DNA from: Octopus sinensis
Lineage: Eukaryota
Direction of reading: 5' to 3'
DNA: 26,250 nucleotides
NCBI RefSeq assembly: GCF_006345805.1
Contig: NW_021834719.1
Location: forward strand, 1 to 26,250
The notes under the pieces were generated by a model that had not been told where the DNA came from, ran no database searches, and saw only the letters and a program-made list of their open reading frames with translations. Shown piece by piece: positions 22,210 through 26,250 of this stretch; the first letter of the stretch is position 1; each line of letters starts with the position of its first letter. Position numbers and translations under genes: made by a program.

Positions 22210-23795
22210 ATGTCTGGAAGAAAGCGTGATTCTTTGTGGGCTTATTTTGATAAACGTATTATTCCTGGAAAGACCGGAAGCCGTGCCAGATGTCGTAATT
22301 GTGGGAAGGACATACAAGGTCTTGTATCTCGGATGAGGCAGCATCATTTATTATGTCGAAGTAATATTGATATCCCTGAAAATATGCCGAGACCTGAAAG
22401 CGAATTTCCTCCAAGGATGAAGGACCATTCATTAATCAATTTCGTAACTACGACGACTTCATCTAAGAAAGATTTGATGGATCTGCAACTCGCTAGATAC
22501 ATATTTTCTACAAACACTCCGTTTGCTGCTGTAGAACATCCCGAATTTGTCAAATTCGTCCAAATGCTTCTTCCTGGGTATCGTTTACCCTCTCGTCATC
22601 AAATTGGTGGTACATTACTTGATCATGTGTACGACCAAATACATGAAGACTGTCGACAAAGACTCCAGGACAAAACAGTGTCTATGATGTTGGACGGGTG
22701 GAGCAACATTCATAATGAACCCGTTATTTGTGTCTCGGTTGTGACATCAGATGGGGAAAATTATCTCATTGACACTGTGGACACTTCTGGATATAGCCAC
22801 ACTGCGGAATATCTTCAATCTGTTGCTTTAGCCTCCGCACAATTGGCTGAACAACGGTTTGGATGTAAAATCGGCAGTCTTGTAACGGATAATGCTGCCA
22901 ACATGACTAAAATGAGACGGATAATGATGGAAGATGGCAATGAAATAATTACTTATGGTTGCTCGGCACATTATCTCAACCTTCTTGTGAAGGATGTCGA
23001 GGTAGCGGACGTTAAAGGAACTATTGTAACAATCAATAAATATTTCCGAAACGTCCATCTTCCAGCTGCATGGTACGGTGGAACACTTTATCAGACTGTT
23101 TTCAATCTTATCTGGATAATTGGTCTATTATTTTGAGAACTTGTGAGGAACACAGAACGGATATTGATACAGAGATTTTTTCCAAGGTCCAAAATATTTC
23201 CCTAAAACGACGCGTTGAAGAATATCTGATGCTTATTAAACCAATTGCTGTCGCTTTAGATAAAATTCAGAATGATTCTACCACGATTAGTCATGCTGTA
23301 GAAATTTGGAAAGAACTTGAACAGACATATATTGACAATGGATGTACGAATATTTTAGGAAAAGTGAGAATTCGAGCAAAACAAGCATTAACACCTTTCC
23401 ACTTACTTGCGAATTTGATCGACCCGACATGTAGTGGGAAATCTCTTTCAAATGTTGAGATTGACATTGCATTGAGTTATTGTGCTCAAAATTATGAATA
23501 TGCACTTCCGACTCTGATTAATTTCAGAGCAAAAGCTGATCCATTTAAACAATACATGTTTGCTCCGAATTTATTGAGTAAAGTATCACCTATAGCTTGG
23601 TGGGAGTCGAATTCATACCAGTTACCTTCACAAGTAATTTCACTATGCAAAAAAATTCTTGGAGCAGTTGCTTCGACAGGTGGAATAGAAAGAATCTTTT
23701 CAACATTCGGATTTCTACATTCAAATGTACGCAATAGGCTGGGGATCGAAAAAGCAGCCAAACTTGTTTCCATTTACAAGCTTTTAAATAAATAA
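22210..23795 (+). pseudogene. hAT transposase with a single frameshift at about 23073
   Basis: BED finger (W.YF...CRNC...HHLLC), DGWS, TDNAANM, CSAH, RWNT and IERIFS motifs spread over two overlapping ORFs. Confidence 0.92.
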
Positions 23796-24699
23796 AAACG
23801 ATTTCCATTGTTTTTGTTTTTTATTTTAGTTCGCTTTGAAATATTTTTTTATTTATTAACCCGAAGACCACAAAGAAAGAAAGCGTAATGCAAACTAGTT
23901 AAGTGATCCCGTGGACATAAGGAACTACGATAGATCGTTCTGCGTGGCCGTTTTTCAGTGTTTATGTCAGCGGTTCTCAAATGCGGCCCCCGGGGCCGCA
24001 TGCGGCCGCAGGATTTTTTTTGCGGCCCCTCTAGAGTAACTAACTTTTTTAATTTTTTAATAATGTTAAAATTTAATTATTTATTGATTGTTCCAAAGAT
24101 ATAACCGAAAATAGTTTCGATCAATTAATATGGCATCACTGCATAATTCACCAGAAAATCTTATCGCCAAGTCCATTAAAATGGAACATGTTTCCAAAAA
24201 AGTCGTTAATATCGTTTATTGGATACGCTCAAAAGCGCTCAATCACCGATATTTTAAATCTTTTTTGGAAGAAGTTGATGCTGAGTATGGAGATGTTATT
24301 TTTCATACTGAAGTGAGGTGGTTAAGTCGTTCGAAATGCCTTAATATTTTATTAAAGGTTCTATAAATTGCTTCCAGAAATTAAGGAGTTTACCAAAGAC
24401 AGAGTAATTTTCGATGAACTTTACGATGAAAGATGGATTGCCGATTTGGCTTTTTATGTTGATTTAACCACGCATTTGTCGGATCTCAATGTTGAATTAC
24501 AAGGAAAAGGCAAACTCTGTTATCAGGTATATGGATATATTTCTTTGTTTATCGAAAAATTATATTTATGGATGACTTCCCTTAAGAGGGAGATACATCT
24601 CATTTTTATTCACTATCTGAAAACAACGAAGGCGCTGCTTATGAAAAATACATATCCATAATTGGTGATTTAATTAATCAATTTGAAGCACGTTTTGGG

Positions 24700-24726
24700 G
24701 TACATTTATATAAATTTAATTTTTAG
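24700..24726 (+). other. Putative 27-nt spliceosomal intron in the hAT transposase
   Basis: gtacatttatataaatttaatttttag. Removal gives FEARFG/NFKKFLPLMKIFATPF. Confidence 0.7.
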
Positions 24727-25184
24727 AATTTTAAAAAATTCCTTCCTTTAATGAAAATATTCGCAACTCCATTCAGCGTGGAAATTAAGGATGCGCCTGC
24801 AAAGTTTCAACTAGAACTCATTAATTTACAACATGATATAGAACTGGCGGCATTGTTCAAAAAAGCGTCCATTATTAATTTTTACGAATTAATTCCTCAA
24901 GACAAATTCAAAAATATAACACACAATGCATATATGAATATATCAATGTTTGGATCTACTTTTTATGCGAATCAATATTTAGGAAAATGATTCGCATAAA
25001 AAATAAATATCGTAACAATCTCACGGATAATCACTCGAGTCAGCTTTTACGAACTTCTTCGACTTTACTTATTCCGGATTTCAAAAACTTAATAAACAAA
25101 TAATACTTTCTTTTTAGTTACAACGCCTTTTTTTAGATTTTTTAGCTTGTAATTCTTTATAAAGGAAATGGAAATTAAAAAAAG

Positions 25185-25260
25185 AAAAAACAGAGTCCAA
25201 AAACTCATTACCATCAGCAGTGGCTGCACTTCGGATTGCAAGCGAGTTACCGGCTTGGAA
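25185..25260 (-). mobile_element. Probable CRE-like extreme 3' fragment inside the inner hAT
   Basis: GNSLAIRSAA resembles GNAQAIRST of the 11960 copy and replaces the hAT stop region. No TSD found. Confidence 0.45.
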
Positions 25261-25895
25261 AATATAAAAATATATAAAATATTTTTTGTGCGGCCCGCGA
25301 AGCTAATCTTAATTATCGATTTGGCCCTTGAGCTAAAAAGGTTGAGAACCCCTGGTTTATGTACAAGAGAGAGGTCCTGAAAGCCAGGTGGAAAGGGTCG
25401 TTTTGAAATAAAGACATTTAATTCAAAAAAATCTGTTTAAATCAAAAAAATCGTGATTAAATCAAAAAATCAGATTTTTTTGATTTTTTTGAAAAAAATC
25501 ATGATTTTTAACAACCCTGAGTAGAGTAATTTAGGCAGGGCGAAAAAGTTTCTCGCAAGAAACAGGCCGACGTGGCTGTCCAAAAACGTGAGGCGGTCCA
25601 GCAAAAGTAGTAACGTGGAATGTTTGGTAAGAAGATCAGTCTTAATAGCAGTCGGCAGGATGGGGGATCCAAGGATCCGGAGATCATTACGTCAGTCGCG
25701 CGCACTTGGCCAAGACCAGTGCGGAGGGACGATGAAAGGTCGTCAAGGCGTTTATCAGGAATGTTGACACCGACTAATTCGGATTTGGTGGGGTTAATCT
25801 CCAATCCAATCCTCAGAAGTGCAGGTGCCAACGACAAAGCGTCTCTTAAAATCGTCTCTGGGGAGCCGCCAATAGTGGCATCGTCCAGATACCTA

Positions 25896-26230
25896 TAATT
25901 TGTTCGATGATTGGACGTTTTAAAGTGAAATAAAATTCACTGCACTTTTTCTGAAGCTTTCGTATTCCCCAGTGGGATTCTTGGTGAATGGCGAATGCTA
26001 GTGTCCTCATCTCCATTTCATTGTCCAGACAAATGACCAATTTGTGTTTTTGGTTATTCTCGTCCTTTAGATAAAGACCATGAGTTAGGAGTCGCAAATA
26101 TACCGATCATTATTTAACTTGATCGTCGAATTTGATGTTTATGATGCGTTCGGTTGTTTTCCGGAAAAGGACATTAATAGAATGAAGTTGATCATTTTCT
26201 GAGAAGCAGGGTGACCCTCGTAGCACATGA
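25896..26230 (-). mobile_element. Ginger/Gypsy-like integrase N-terminal zinc-binding fragment
   Basis: IHQESHWGIRKL...YF...RPII, cut off just before the expected CxxC by the CRE-like element. Confidence 0.65.
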
Positions 26231-26250
26231 TTTTTTTTTGGATGCCAAGG

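Larger units (their letters stand above)
23968..25354 (+). mobile_element. Non-autonomous GTF2IRD2/Buster-like hAT
   Basis: TIRs cagcggttctcaa / caggggttctcaa and a perfect 8-bp TSD gtttatgt. HCIIHQ, EVRWLSR, DLAF..D and SMFGST motifs remain; the N-terminus is missing. Confidence 0.93.
23844..25397 (-). mobile_element. Short LINE 3'-end insertion, split by the inner hAT
   Basis: Shares aagaccac, gtgatcccg and tggccgttttt in the same order with 9030-9160. T-rich tail at 23844. 13-bp TSD tcgYtttgaaata at 23831-23843 and 25398-25410. Confidence 0.7.
22103..25519 (+). mobile_element. Full-length hAT transposon (BED-finger type)
   Basis: 11-bp TIR cagggttgtta at both ends and many aaatca/tgattt subterminal repeats. 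The TSD is imperfect (ggttagag / agtagag). Confidence 0.92.
20952..25892 (-). mobile_element. CRE-like retrotransposon truncated at the RT YLDD motif and split by a hAT (pieces 25892-25520 and 22102-20952)
   Basis: YLDDATIGG...GLEINPTKSE...ALPKLLY | LRSAP...LPVRHGGLG...REL motifs. 20-nt poly(A) tail seen as T20 at 20952-20971. Confidence 0.92.

Overview
AT-rich eukaryotic nuclear DNA that is mostly a transposon graveyard. It contains fragments of REL-type non-LTR retrotransposons (CRE-like, at least 10 pieces), APE-type LINEs (Jockey/I-like, RTE-like), several hAT elements, Tc1 and pogo/Tigger elements, and Ginger/Gypsy-like integrases. One host gene is secure: a divergent, intact RPS3 (uS3) on the minus strand with 23-25 nt GT-AG introns, which points to a reduced, tiny-intron eukaryote (for example a dicyemid-type parasite; this is inference). 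A second probable host gene encodes a small bHLH-like protein. The most notable structures are a TSD-flanked chimeric retro-insertion carrying an exact 67-bp copy of DNA 2 kb away, a 4-5 layer nest of insertions at 20.9-25.9 kb, and a 27-nt intron in one hAT transposase copy that a related copy lacks. No CRISPR array, rRNA or tRNA was seen, and I cannot support a new multi-gene system. Family assignments come from motif recognition by eye, and fragment boundaries without a TIR or TSD are approximate.
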